DNA from: Cercozoa sp. M6MM
Lineage: Eukaryota > Protista > Endomyxa: Ascetosporea
Length of the DNA stretch: 64,000 nt
Assembly: GCA_040357565.1 (NCBI GenBank)
Contig: JBDODJ010000049.1
Reading direction: 5' to 3' (one strand)
A model generated the notes under the pieces. It was not told the DNA's origin. It worked only from the letters and a program-made list of their open reading frames with translations, and did not search any database. A program made the translations under genes and the position numbers. How positions within the stretch are numbered: the first letter of the stretch is position 1; the number at the start of each line of letters is the position of its first letter. Shown here one piece after another: positions 51,601 through 64,000 of this stretch.

Positions 51601-54600
51601 CGTTGCACACCTTCAGCAGCGCACGCGACGGCGGTGGCTTTGTGCCATCTGGGGGGGGGGGGGGTAAGGGGGGGGGGGGGTGGGGGCTAAGGGAGGGTAA
51701 GGGTACCACGCGCAGGCTCGCAGAGCGTCTTGCCCGGCAGCAGCGGCACCGAGCAGAAGCGACAACGCGCCGCCGTCTGGAGCACCTTGTAGTCGGCACA
51801 TGTGAAACCTGCGTGGTACGGTGACACCTGAGTGACCACACACACACATACCGTCATTGATCCTCCACTGATCCTTATTGATCCCAACTGAACCGTCTGT
51901 CACTCACTTACATTGCACTGACGACAGAAGGTCGCCAGACAGTCCGAATTTCGACACAGCACGCGATGGCTCCTGCGGGGGGGGGGGGGGNNNNNNNNNN
52001 NNNNNNNNNNNNNNNNNNNNNNNNNNNNNNNNNNNNNNNNNNNNNNNNNNNNNNNNNNNNNNNNNNNNNNNNNNNNNNNNNNNNNNNNNNAAAACTACAT
52101 GAAGTGAGATTGCGCTGCGACGTCATCGTCACTCGCGAAAGTGCGACCGTCCACCCTGAGCTCAAATTGCGATGACTTGCGATTTGAATTGAGTTGAGTT
52201 GAGTTGCGATGAGTTGAGTTGAGTTGAGTTGAGTTGAGTTGAGCTGAGTTGCTTTTGAAAGTACCCGACAATACGATTAAAGTCAGGCGCATCCTCATCG
52301 CCAACATCGCCGACCTGCACACACGCATACATACACATCAGACAAAAATGAACACACTCGAACCAACACCTGCAGTACCTCAAACTCGAAACTCATCGAG
52401 CAAGATGGACACGAAACGTAGCGATCAGCGTTTTTCTCCTGCAGGAGAAACGCTGAATTCGACAAAATAAACTTGTCTAGTTTTCGAGAAATCAAGCGAT
52501 ACGAGGTGTTCCTTCAACGAAGCGTCCAAAAACGTGTCAAACTCGTCCTTTTTCAACAGCTCGCGCAAATCCACGACTGTGAAATCTCGCTCCTTTCAAA
52601 ATTTGCAACAAATTTCAGCATTGACAAAACTTTCACTTTCGAAAACTTTGATTGTTCAAGTACTAAATCGGCGCAGTTGCCTTTTTTCAGGTGCGCGAAG
52701 ATGCGCAATCGCAAGCAGCGCACGCTGCATACGCAATTCCGTAATTTCGAAATCAAAACAAAGCTAAATAAGCAAAGCAAAGCACAAAGCAAAAAGTACC
52801 AAGTCGGCTCATCGTCAACTCGATCCTCGGGGAAGCGTGTGGCGAACTTCTTGCGTTTCTCCAGGTGACGGTTCGTGCAGTACAAGAAGTCAGGAGGCAC
52901 TTGGCGACGACACAAGTGACATTCCTCTTTCGACAAATGCATCGGCATCGAGTACTCTCTATTTAAAAAAAGCAAAAGCGATGCACTCTTTAAATTGAAG
53001 CGAAACAAACGAAAAACGAACTTACAACGGAAGCGACGGCATTAGTGCCTCTGACATCTGCTGTCGCAGGCACCACTTCGCTTGCCGGATCGCGTCGCTA
53101 ATCAAAACGAAGCGCAATTTTGGAAATTTCACCAAAGCCATTTCGAAATTAGCGACGAAGCAAAGCTAGTGTGAAAGTAGCGAAATACCTGAGATTAGCC
53201 AAGCAGAAGACGTCGTCACTGCGAAAAAAGAAACTGCGACGTCGCAGGCCCAAAGCTTCGTCGTCCAGCACGACGTTGTTTTCGGAGTCGTCGCGAATGA
53301 GGGCGCTGCTGTCGCTGGCGGAAGCACCTGCGCGCACTTCGAAGCAGTCCTCGCCGTGAGTGCACACGAATGTCCACGGCGTGATCTGCAGCGTCTCTTT
53401 CGCTTCGCTCTGCGCGAGACTCGTGCGAATCTCGAGTTGCGACGTGTCGCTTCGCAGCACCACGAACGCGTTTCGCCAACGCGCCGGCCCGTTGCCTCGC
53501 ACCGGTGCCGACACCGACGACGCACCCACACTCACGAACGCAGCTGCGACGAATCATTTCAACTCACTCAACTCAAGCAACTCAACTCAAAACAACTCAA
53601 CTCAAGCAACTCAACTTGAAAGCAAAGCAAAACACAAAACTCAAGTACAAGCAGCAATCCGACGTGACCAATCGTCCATCCAGTGCACGTGACGACCGAA
53701 ATCACAGATCAGATGCGACTACACAATGCCAGACATACAAAGCAAAGCAAAGCGAAACTCAAAAACGAAGCGAAACTCGAAGCAAAGCAGAACTCGAAAC
53801 AAATCGAAACACTCGAAATACCAGCGACGAATCCGCCTGAGCACCGCGCCCGTGCAGCACGTGCGAGTGAGGGTCGTACAGCGAGTGTTGCAGCGCAAGC
53901 AATGCCGAAATCGAATCAGCGACGCTCGCAAACTCGAAAATCACGGTTACGCAGCGCTGAGCGGCCGGAGAAAGTTCGCACTCGACGCCGCTGTCGCTTT
54001 GAAGCAGTTCGGCCTGCATCGCTTGCTCCTCGAGTGTGCTGGCGCGACTCAAGCGATCGAAAGCGTTGTTCTTGCACTCTTCGAGAAAAGCTTCGTCGCC
54101 GCTTTGCGTGGCATCGTTTTGCATCGCATCGCTCGAGTGGCTTCTAATCCCACTCGAGTCAGTCACGTTGCTTTCACTCGCGCGCGAACTCGACCGACTC
54201 GAGAGTTGCGACGTCGCTTTGCCGCCTCGAAGCACTGTGATTCGCTTCAACGGCGCTATGTCGGCCACGTTGTCGACAAAGTAGGCCAAAGCAACGGCGC
54301 CGTTATCCACAGGCAGTCGCAAACCACTCTGATCAAACACACTCGAATCACACAAAGTCGCACTCGAAACGAAGCAACAATTTCGAAACAAACAAAGCTA
54401 AACTCGAAACGAAGCAACAATTTCGAAACAAAGCTAAACTCGAAAGGAAGCGAAAATTTCGAACAAAACAAAGCTAAACCCGAAATCAAGCGAAAGCTTG
54501 CGAAACAAAGCAAAGCAAAGCGAAAAACCAACGAAAGTACCACGTAGAGTTGTCGCGAGGGTGAGCCCATGAGTGGCAGCATACGCTGCGACAACAGAAT

Positions 54601-55434
54601 GCGTCGCACGCGCTGTTGATCCTGAAGCGACAGGTCGGCGGAGCAGCCGCTGCTGCGACAGTACTTGGCGAGGTGCTCGAGTGCCGGGTTGAGCATGTCA
54701 GGCGGCGACCACGGAGCTTCGCCCATGAGTTGCCGCATGTCGATGCTGAACTTGGCCAAGTCGAGCGCACGCCAGCTGCGTTCAAGTTTCGTGAGCGACT
54801 GGATGATCCCGTTGATCGCTGGTGATCTACAGTTACACCACCGTCATACACACTCACACACAGACGGTGTGTGCCACAAGGTACGTGATCATGGCACGAC
54901 GCAGAGTGAGGTGCAGTGTGCCACGTGACACTCCGGCGCGCGCACTCGACGGCGTTCCCGGGGCCGATTGCTTTGGCTACACCAAGTCAAAATTAAAAAC
55001 AGCGGACATATTAGCGGAAGAAGAAAAATACGAAAAAAAAACTCTTATTGACTCAAAATACATCAAATTCAAAAATGAGCGGAGGAATGAGCGGAAATAG
55101 GAAAATACAAAAAAAGCAAAATTAAAACCAAAGTACAGAATAATGCCCAGCATCGTTGCCAGCGTTGTCGTCATTTCTCAGTGCCTGTTGGAGGTCAAGA
55201 AATACCTGACACACAAGTTAAAGAACTCAAGCAACGTACATTGTCGCGAAACACACGTCCGCCGCCTTCGCGGTTTTCATTCTTGTCGATCTCTACTTGA
55301 GGGACAGGGGGGGAGGCCAAGGCGGGGGGGGGGGNNNNNNNNNNNNNNNNNNNNNNNNNNNNNNNNNNNNNNNNNNNNNNNNNNNNNNNNNNNNNNNNNN
55401 NNNNNNNNNNNNNNNNNNNNNNNNNNNNNNNNNN

Positions 55435-55480
<46 letters not shown>

Positions 55481-56936
55481 GTAAAAAGAAGGCAGCGCAC
55501 CAGCCAGCTGCTCGAGCACGTGCGGTCCCAGTTGCTGCGGATCCACGCAGATCGACGGTGTGGCGTGAACCTGACCATCCAGTGGGACAGCCACATCGAC
55601 CGAGCGTCCGCGCGGAAGCTGCGTGACATCGATGTCGACGCTGCCCATGAAGACGTCGGGCGTGTAGTACTCGTAGTCAAACACCAGCAGTGTCAGCACC
55701 TGCTTCTGCTGCGAAACCGTCACACAAACACAAACCGTCAAAGAAACCGTCTCAAACCGTCAGTGCACATTGCGTGATCACTACGTACCTCGGTTGGCAC
55801 CAGCGACGGTCCGCCACTGACGCGAAAGCCAAAGACCTCGTGCCTGCCCAGTGATCATCCAGCCATCAGTGAAACCGTCACACATGCGGACTGATCGATC
55901 AGAATCTGGTACCACTCGGGAGCCACCGAGGCACGCACGATGCGTGATTTGGCACTCGCCTCGCCGGCCGACATGATCACGTAACTGCTCACAGGAGAGA
56001 GAACGTATTGACTCGACATACCCTGGGGGAGGGGGAGAGAGGTAGAGGAACACTACGGGTCTGGCTGTCCGGGCAGCAGCGACGGCTTGCGCAGCGCTTT
56101 GCCACGCTTCAGTGTCACCTGACAGGGTGGAGTCGTAGGTACTGGGTGGGTAGTAGGTACTGGGTGGGTGGGTAGTAGGTACTGATTGGATGGGTAGTAG
56201 GTACTGGGTGGGTGGGTAGTAGAGGTACTAGATGGCAGGAGGTACAGTGACAAGATCGCCCAGCTGCAGCGCGTGATCGGCAACATTGCGACGCAGCACG
56301 TTCGAGCCAGAGAACGAGAACGGCGACAGCAGCGCCGGCGTGGCCGACAGCGGTGACTGTGGCTCATGTTCGTTCAGTTGGAGCAGTGGCAACGAGGCCT
56401 GCAGCTTCTGAACCTGCGGCCTGTTCCTGTGAACCAAACACAAAAAGGACAACAATTACAAAACCTCAAAAAATCAAAACACTCAAACCAACTCAAAACA
56501 GACCAAGAGTGTACCCAGTGATAAACAACTGCAGCGAACACTCCTTCTGGATGTTGTAACTCTCTAATAAGTCACCATCCTGCGTCGAACAAATTCAACA
56601 TGACCAGAATTGAGCACGACTTGACAAAAACGCACAGAATCCGCACCTTGAGAATGCGGCCGCTGAAGATTAACCGCATTTGCTCTTCTTTTGATGTCGC
56701 CCCTTTCTCGTTCAGCATTGTGAGCTACTCAAAAAGCTTGATATCAACTGTTTCATAGCAATTCCTTCATTGCCAGTCGCCGATTTACCAGTTTCTGCTT
56801 GAGCTGCGACACCTGCCATTTCATCGACACCTGCACAAACTCCGACACGTGAAACTGCAAACCACTCGACTGTCAGGAGAAAAACCTCAAGCGAGTAATT
56901 CCCGCCACGAGTGTCGCGCACGAAAATCAACACCAT
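48685..56936 (-). CDS. Multidomain E3 ubiquitin ligase: Ubl - C2 - PH - IBR-like - MYCBP2/PHR-type RING-Cys-Relay module - acidic tail
   Basis: Ubl QMRLIFSGRILK|DGDLLESYNIQKECSLQL; C2 QPDP|YV..PEW..LTLLVFDYE..DVFMG; PH RWRNAFVVLRS..CFEV..SFFFRS; RING CAICC..LACGHVFHHAC..CPIC; AMKRFAFYRCAKCRKPYFGG..ELVCGAC..KCRFCCSPATFFCWGTTH|FCAKCH..CPLGVSHPPNGTEFSLGCSLCR. Confidence 0.85.
56130..56232. repeat. Intronic minisatellite (GTAGTAGGTACTGGGTGG)n
   Basis: Four to five degenerate tandem copies. Confidence 0.85.
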
Positions 56937-57362
56937 TCTCAAATATGCAGCCTCTTGCACTCGAACGGAGCTAATTCTAAACGTCTAGTTCGTCCCAAAC
57001 TCTTGCGACACCCAGTATCCTTTTTCAAATCCCAGAAAAAGCAAAGTCGGTCCCAAACGTTTGCAGTGCCCCAGCACTCCTCCGTGCACAGCACACGCCG
57101 TCCAGTTGGATTCTGTTGCGATCGGCACAGGAATTAGTTCGTCTTGTGACCACGGTTAACGGCACGTCGTGTGGTCAAAGAACGATCAATCCTGTACAAA
57201 AACCAAAAAGACCGGACCGAGGTATTTTTTTAGTGTGCGCGGCAACAACTCGTCCTCTACGGCACCTAAACAAGATTCCGTGCGTGCACACGTTGTATCG
57301 GTGCACGTGGCGCCTCCTAAAGTGGAAATTAGTGCGGGCCGCGAATCGGTTTGGTGATCGCG

Positions 57363-58538
57363 ATGGGCGAGGAGGCGTCACCGTTGGTGCATAGTGCCGC
57401 GATGCGGAGTTTTGTTGCCGGTGGTATCGCCGGCAGCACCGTCGATGCGGTTTTGTATCCTATCGACACCATCAAGTCACAGTTGCAGGTGAAAAAAACA
57501 AAACTCACATGAGAGGTGCACACCGCTTGATTTTGCTTTTGGGATAGGCCCGCGCGGATGTACGAAAGGTGGCCGTTGGTCGGCACTTTTATGCAGGACT
57601 CGTAGCCGCCATGGCGGGCAGTTTCCCAGCTGCGGCGGCTTTTTGGACTGGCTACCATCATGGGTACATTTTACAACCCTCCCTTAATCGCAAGGTGTTA
57701 TGCGTTCTTCCTCAGTTCGCAGCTGGTGCATCAGAGTACTCAGCTGTCGGAAGGCACGCGACAGGCACTGGCGCCTGTGGTGGCCGCAGTGGCAGGTGAT
57801 CTGGTGGCATGCTCGGTTCGCGTGCCGTTCGAGGTGGTCAAGCAGCAGATGCAAGTCGGCCTGCACACGGACACGCGGACCGCCGTGCTGAGCATCATGC
57901 GTGCACAGGGTCCGCGCGGATTCTTCGCCGGTCTGGGCAGCACCGTGGTGCGAGAGATTCCGTTCGATGTGATCGAATTCTCGCTGTGGGAGGCTGCGAA
58001 ACGCCAGTGGTTTGCACACTACCAGGAGTCTGCCTTGCCGTATCAGTCGGTAGTTTTTCTTCACTCTGCTTTAAGAAACATCTTTGCTTTGTGCTTTCGT
58101 TTTTGAGTTTTTTTACTTCTCTGTTCTTGTAAGGGAGTGTTAAGGGAGTGTATGTTTCTTAAGGGAATAAATGTTGCGTTTAAAGGAGTGTGTGTACCTG
58201 TTCGGTTGTAGGCACTGATGGGCGCCGTGTCGGGTGGCATTGCGGCGGCAGTGACGACGCCACTTGACGTGGTCAAGACGCGACTCATGACCCAAGGCAC
58301 GAAGCAGCACTACTCGGGCGTTCTGGACTGTCTCTCCAGTGTTTACAGAAAGGAAGGCGCCAAGGTACACCGCCTCTCTTTTTGTGCCATCTGTAGCCTC
58401 TGTTATCAACATTCGGCTCAGGCACTGTTTGCCGGGCTCGTGCCCCGGACCATGTGGATCTCGCTTGGCGGCTTCGTCTTCTTTGGTGCTTACGAAAAGG
58501 CGCAAAGTGTGCTTCAAGGAAGGCCGCTTTTCGCTTAA
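57363..58538 (+). CDS. SLC25A26: Mitochondrial carrier, S-adenosylmethionine transporter type (SLC25A26/Pet8)
   Basis: Three carrier motifs YPIDTIKSQLQ, VPFEVVKQQMQ, TPLDVVKTRLM; REIPF and PRTMWISLGGFVFFGAYE typical of SAM carriers. Confidence 0.88.
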
Positions 58539-58863
58539 TGTTGTGCGCGCTACGAGCAACTCCCTTTTGCGTGTTTTTCTTTGTGAAATATTCCGGTATT
58601 TTCGTTCGAGAAATTTGAGTTCTATGATGCTAACAATAACTAAAAGTCACTAAGGAAAGCTCGATTCATATTGGAAACACTGTTCATCGTCAACCAGAGC
58701 GAGACGAATTCCCGCCAATTTTGCTGCTCTCGGGCGCAGAATAAAAAGACGGAAAGAGCTATTGTTGATGACAACAGCGTGGGTTCGCTTGTGCCAGTTG
58801 TGAGTGTGATCTGCAGTGACACACAGATTTTCCAGAGGAACAGAGGTCAGGACTGGGACAAAA

Positions 58864-61167
58864 ATGGAGGGGAGTCCAACCCTGCGTCGTGAGCGTCGTG
58901 ATCGCCACCAGTCGCTGGACGAAGAGTCCACCGCGCAGAGTGACTGCACGTCAAGCGTGCAATGCGAGGAGCTTCCAGGTGAAAGCGAAACCTGGCTTCG
59001 CCAGCTGAAGCTTGACCCAGGTAATCGAACCTGTCGTTTCTCCCGAACGACTGTGTGTTGACTGTTCATTTTGCAGATTTCAAGCCCTCTCTGCGCACGG
59101 CTTGCACAGAACAGCGCTGGAAGTCAAAAAACCTGCAGGATTTGCGCGTTGACATTGTGCTTTCCACTTTGTGGGGTTCAATCGCTTTTGCTGTCAAAAA
59201 ATGATCTGACTTTTTTGGCAGGGCTCGACGTGCACCCGAGGCAGCCGTCGTTCGTTCAACCAAGATCGTGTGGCGATCCAATCGGCCGAAACTGCTCTTG
59301 TAAGCATGTTTGAGCTTAATCGAGTGCGACATTTTCATAATAACATTTTGATCGAACGTTGCGTGCTCAGGACACGGTTGTTTGTGGCGTGTTCGATGGC
59401 CACGGTTCACTCGGCGAAAATGCGGCCGAACTCGCTGCAAATGTTCCTTTTTGTTTTTCTGAGTTCAGTTTTCTTGGTTTGTTTCTTCTGTCATAACTCT
59501 CTCTGTTCATGCAGCTGATCCCTCACGCAGCACTGAGTTTCCTGGCGAACTTCGATGGCACTGACGAGACGCCCGTGCTCGTCCGCGCGGATACGTCGGT
59601 GACTGCATCCACTACCGACGACGGTGAAGCCGAGTTTGAGTCGCCTCTTGTTTCATCTGGCTACTGCGGTACACTGCTTAATCGACACATTGTCCGATTG
59701 GATCTGGTGTGACTTTTGCAATTTGCAGAATCGAATCCGGCAACCCGGCAGTCTGTGTTGCCGAACGAACCGCGTGTATGATAGTTCTCTTTCTTGTCTT
59801 GACCAGTTTATTTCTTCCTGCAGAGTGTGCAAGTTTCTGGACGGGATTCGACACTGCGCAGTTCAGCCACGGGCATTGTAAGTGTCCTCCAAACACATCG
59901 GGTATACTTGTGTTTGTGTACCCTCTGTGTCGCGCAGAAGGACGATGTGCCACGACCGGACGTGAGCGGACCGTCGCGAGCACTCTACATGGCACTGGCA
60001 CAAGCACACGAAGTCATGGTTCGCATCTGCGATGCACAACACGCCTACAACAACGTAGCATTGATTTCGCTCACCTGGTTTCTTTTATCTCGTGTCCTTT
60101 CTCTCAACAGAAGGACAATTTCGACTACGGAACGACGGCATGTGTTGCTCGTACCTTCTTCTCTTTCTATCCACCTGTCACTTTGGTAGTTTACTCTTGC
60201 ATAGTGCTCCAAGGCCGAACTTTGACGGTTGCAACTTGCGGCGACTCACGTGCCAGTACAGTCCCCGGCATATGATTATTTCGCTCGCTCTGCGCTGCTT
60301 TACTTTCCTTCTGTGAGCAGTCATGTTCCGAGTGCCGAAAGCCGAGTTCCTGTTCGAAAAGAAACCGGTATTTCTCAACTTAATTCACGCAATCTTTGTG
60401 TATAACACGAGGCAAAACAATGCAGTGGGACACGGCTCCGAGTGAGGCCGAGCGTGCCAGAGCCAGACAGAAGCTCGCCGATTTGCGTGCCTATGTGGAT
60501 GACCTGTACCTCGTTTGTCCTTTGAGAACTAGTCAGAATTAATACAGGTGGAAGTGCGCTTTAAGAATGAGCTTTGAAACTGTAGGACCGCTGAACTGGA
60601 CCGTTTGAACGAACTCGAGCTGCTGCTCAATGTCGACGAACCCACAGTGGAGCAGACCGCGCGTATCGCTGAGTTGCGTGGCAGACGTGTCGCACTCGGC
60701 AAGCGATCGCGCGTCCTGTACGAGGACACTATCACTGACGGTTCCACTGACTGGTCCGTTGACCACAAGAACCGTCGTGTTGGGCGCACTCACGGCGATA
60801 CCCACGCGAAAGATGACACAGAGCAACTGAGCGAGGAACAACCGAACGATACGGCGACCGAGATGCGGTGTGATGCGCGCGAAGAAGTCATTATTTCCGG
60901 GTCGCTTTCGCTGCCGCTTGGACTCGGTACGTCCTGTGTCCTGTGTCCTGTTTCTTACCTTTTCTCCGTACCCCTACCTCCCCAATACTCGTGTTATTGC
61001 TGGCAGAACACGATCCCTACCGTGACAAGGAGGAACGTGCCAGGATACGCGCATTGTACTACACTTGGCTTGTCTGCTTATATATATAGCTAGGTGCATA
61101 TATATATATAGCTATGTACATATATGTATATATACAACTATGTACATATATATATACACATATATAT

Positions 61168-61207
<40 letters not shown>

Positions 61208-62142
61208 AAACGTTGGCTGTAGACCATCGGGTCGCTTGGTGAAAACGAGCAACAATGAGCTGCGAGGTTGGTTTCTTCGTTTGAGTTTTGGACTGATTAA
61301 ATGGAGAAACTGAGTGTGCAGTGATCCCGGCGCAAATGTCGCAAAAACAAGCTCGTGCGGCCAGTCTGTCGCTCAACATGACGCGTGCGTTGGGTCATCG
61401 TGTGCTTGGCAAATGTGGCGTCAGTTGGAAGGTGTGCTCACATATGTATATCGTTTTTTGTTGGGTGTACTTGCTCTGTAGCCACGTCTGGCGAAGCACG
61501 ACTTGACAGGTGCCTTTGGCGGCAAGAACACGTAGCTTTCGTTTCTCTCGATAGGTGTGAGATGAAGAAGCTGCACTGTTTGCCACTCGCACAGACCATC
61601 CGACAAGCACAAGGCACGCGTGGCCACGCCGCAGAAAGTGACGAGAACCACGCAGCGACGTCAGTTTCTGCTTCGGTATTTCTCTGTTCTTTTTCTGTTG
61701 TTGAAGGAAGATTCTTCAATCGATGTGCTTGCAGAGAACTAGCTCGAGCGAATGCCAAGTTTGATATCTTTGTTGTCCTCGCGAGTGACGGCTTGTGGGA
61801 TGTCGTGTCCGAGAAAGAGACCATTGTGGTGCTTGCCAACTCGGCTGATGTCAGCGTTGCTTCCAGAAAGTACTGTGCTTGAATGGCCTCTTTTTGATAG
61901 GCACTTTTTGCGAGGCACAATCTTAATGCATGTGTTGCTGCAGACTGACCGCACTGGCGGATCACCTGTGGCGTGCCAACACACCGCGAGGCGACAACAT
62001 TGCCACCATCGTTGTTGTACTCTTCCGCCCGTTGTTCCTTTACCTATTGAATCCCCATTTTATACATCTTTTCTGCCGCAGAAACTCGAGGCGACCTGGC
62101 TTGACGGAGCCCTCAAAAACGAATAAAACCGTCAACGAATAA
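58864..62142 (+). CDS. PP2C/PPM-family protein phosphatase with large insertions
   Basis: [49 protein letters not shown] motifs on successive exons. Confidence 0.88.
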
Positions 62143-62319
62143 AAACTGTCTGCTCTGGCTTTCCAAAGCGGTTTTACACTGATCGTACTAACTCGGCTGA
62201 AGCACACCTGTGGGCATCTCAGTATCTTAACATTATTTGACCGACTTGAGCAGCCTTGCTCAAGTTTTGGACCAAAACTAACTGTAGCAACGGCGTGGCT
62301 GTGTGCTTGCGCAGTGTTG

Positions 62320-64000
62320 ATGGCTGTGGTGTCATCACGTTTGTGTAATGCAGCCTGGGGTGTGATGGCTCTGTTTGGATTATTGGTCGTCACACTCGTC
62401 AATCTCAACGGAGCTTCAGTGTCGGCAGAGGCGGATCTGCTGGGCGAGCAGTGCGAAGCAACCGCTCTCGTGAACTCTGCTTTGAAAAGCGAGTCATGGA
62501 TCGATCTGTGCCGCCTGAGTGAGGTAGACTTTACTCTAGACTGACCTGAATTGAGTTGACTTGAGTTGACTCGGCTGAGTCGAGTTGAGTTGAGTTGAAT
62601 TGAGAGTGAGTGTGTTTTGGTAGAACGAGTACGTGCGTTGCATGAAGACGCCGTCGGCCGTGCAGACCATGGAGCACACGCACTGGATGTGCGAAGGCCG
62701 CGGTGTTCAGTTGATCCCAGCGACAGCAAAAACAGCGTCGTGGAAGGCCAAGAAATACCGCATGCCGCGCCAGAGCGAGTGCAAGCAGCAGCTCAACCAA
62801 GCTTCGTCGTCGCTGCAGCGCGAGATGCGACAGGCTGAGTCACAGTCAGTTTTCGAAGTCTTCTCTGACAACGAGCACAGCAGCAGCGAGTGTAGCGAGA
62901 CGCTGCCGGGTCTCTCGGTGCATGTGGTACAAGTCCAACTCAACTCAACTCAACTCAACTCAACTCAACTCAACTCAACTCAACTCAACTCATCGCAACT
63001 TGCGCAGTCGGAAGTGACGCTGCACCCGTACTTTGACTCGCTCAACATGCTCAGCGTGTTTGGCTATGTGGCGCGACTCGTGCGCGAAGAGGACCGTCGC
63101 GACGGTCGTTTGCAGCCGTCGCTCGACCTGGATGATGCACAGTGTACTACCGTTCCTCAGTCACAGTGATCTTTTAGAGTGCTGATCGCACGTGCTTGTG
63201 ACGGTGTGTGTGTGTGTGGACGGTAGTACCGCACTACCTGGCGCGACGCGAGCAGACACGCCTCGTGAGCGGCAAGTCCAACACGGCCGACAGCACGGCC
63301 AGCATGCGCGAGCACCCGATGTGGCACTGGTGGCAGCGCATGGCCACGTGGGACGGTGAGCATGCCACTCGCACTCGACCTGAGCGTTTCTTACCGTTCA
63401 GCGAACTGATCGGCCGCGCGGACGGCACGGTGTGCGCGGCACGCGTCATCGCTGCGCCCACGTGGTTCATGACGCCGCCGTGGCCTTTGGTACCTTGTGA
63501 CTGACCAGCTCCGACCTGGCTGACCAACTGACCAACTGACCCACCTGGCTGACTGATCAACTGACTGACGGTGTATCAGTAGAGAGGCCGACGCAGCGGG
63601 TGCTTTCCGCACGACACACTGCGCGCTGTGGCACGTGCCGCGCCGCGTGCCTTCGACATTCCCGACGATGTGGCACTGCAACCGGCCCTGCGCGTTCTGA
63701 TCACCACGAGGTAGCCCCACTGACTGACTGTGTGGTCACTTGGGTGGTCACATGACTAGTCACTTGGGTGCTCACATGACTGGATGGTAACTTGGCTGGT
63801 CACATGGCAGGGAGGACCGTCCGCAGCGCAAACTCGTCAATGCTGGCGAAGTGGCCGACACGACACTTGCGCTGCTGAGCAAAGTACACTCTGTTTTACC
63901 CCCCTCTTTACCCCTCTCTTTGCCCCCCTCTTTACCCCTTTCTTTACCCCCCTCTTTACCCCTTTCTTTACCCCCCTCTTTACCCCTTTCTTTACCCCCC
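62320..64000 (+). CDS. Secretory-pathway glycosyltransferase, GT61/EOGT-like (3' partial, runs off the window)
   Basis: N-terminal signal/TM; LHPYFDSLNML and LRVLITTR|EDRPQRKLVNAGEV resemble GT61 motifs. Confidence 0.5.
62936..63000. repeat. Intronic (CAACT)n pentamer satellite (related arrays at 52188-52250, 53560-53616, 62549-62605)
   Basis: Direct reading of the sequence. Confidence 0.92.
63893..64000 (+). repeat. Intronic (CTTTACCCCCCT)n C-rich satellite
   Basis: Tandem tttaccccc units; same family occurs in more than 20 introns of the window. Confidence 0.92.

Noticed and set aside
52188-53616. CAACT/GAGTT satellite as a strand-specific splicing element
   Set aside because: Occurs in both orientations within the same genes, so treated as a neutral satellite
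55310-55480. Poly-G then poly-C around a 100-N gap, looking like an inverted repeat and an exception to the strand rule
   Set aside because: Homopolymers abutting a scaffold gap are likely sequencing or assembly artefacts
56525-56936. Stand-alone ubiquitin/NEDD8-like modifier gene
   Set aside because: No C-terminal di-glycine, and the frame splices on into the C2 domain of the E3 ligase

Overview
Gene-dense, intron-rich eukaryotic (protist-like) genomic DNA using the standard genetic code. It is not prokaryotic, and no CRISPR, rRNA, tRNA or recognisable transposon was seen. About 27 multi-exon genes were reconstructed by hand across short, mostly GT-AG introns with weak, often GTAC-type donors. 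Confident calls are NOP10, a plant-type IPC synthase, NIFK/Nop15, cystathionine gamma-lyase, a divergent F1 ATP synthase gamma subunit, SDHAF2, RBM8A/Y14, a Kelch-PPP phosphatase (BSU1/PPKL type), actin, a SAM-type mitochondrial carrier and a PP2C. The most unusual items are: (1) an ~8.3 kb gene joining ubiquitin-like, C2, PH and IBR-like domains to an intact MYCBP2-type RING-Cys-Relay E3 module; (2) a two-pore-domain, EF-hand K+-channel homologue with both GYG filters degenerate; (3) a PZP chromatin-reader gene carrying a fungal-type Zn2Cys6 cluster; (4) two signal-peptide proteins carrying intracellular-acting domains (GNAT plus NLS; tandem CCCH fingers); (5) intron-confined satellites, including a TTACCCCC family that is C-rich on the sense strand in every clear case. 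Exon boundaries were read by eye and need RNA-seq. A SAR/rhizarian origin is only a guess from gene content.
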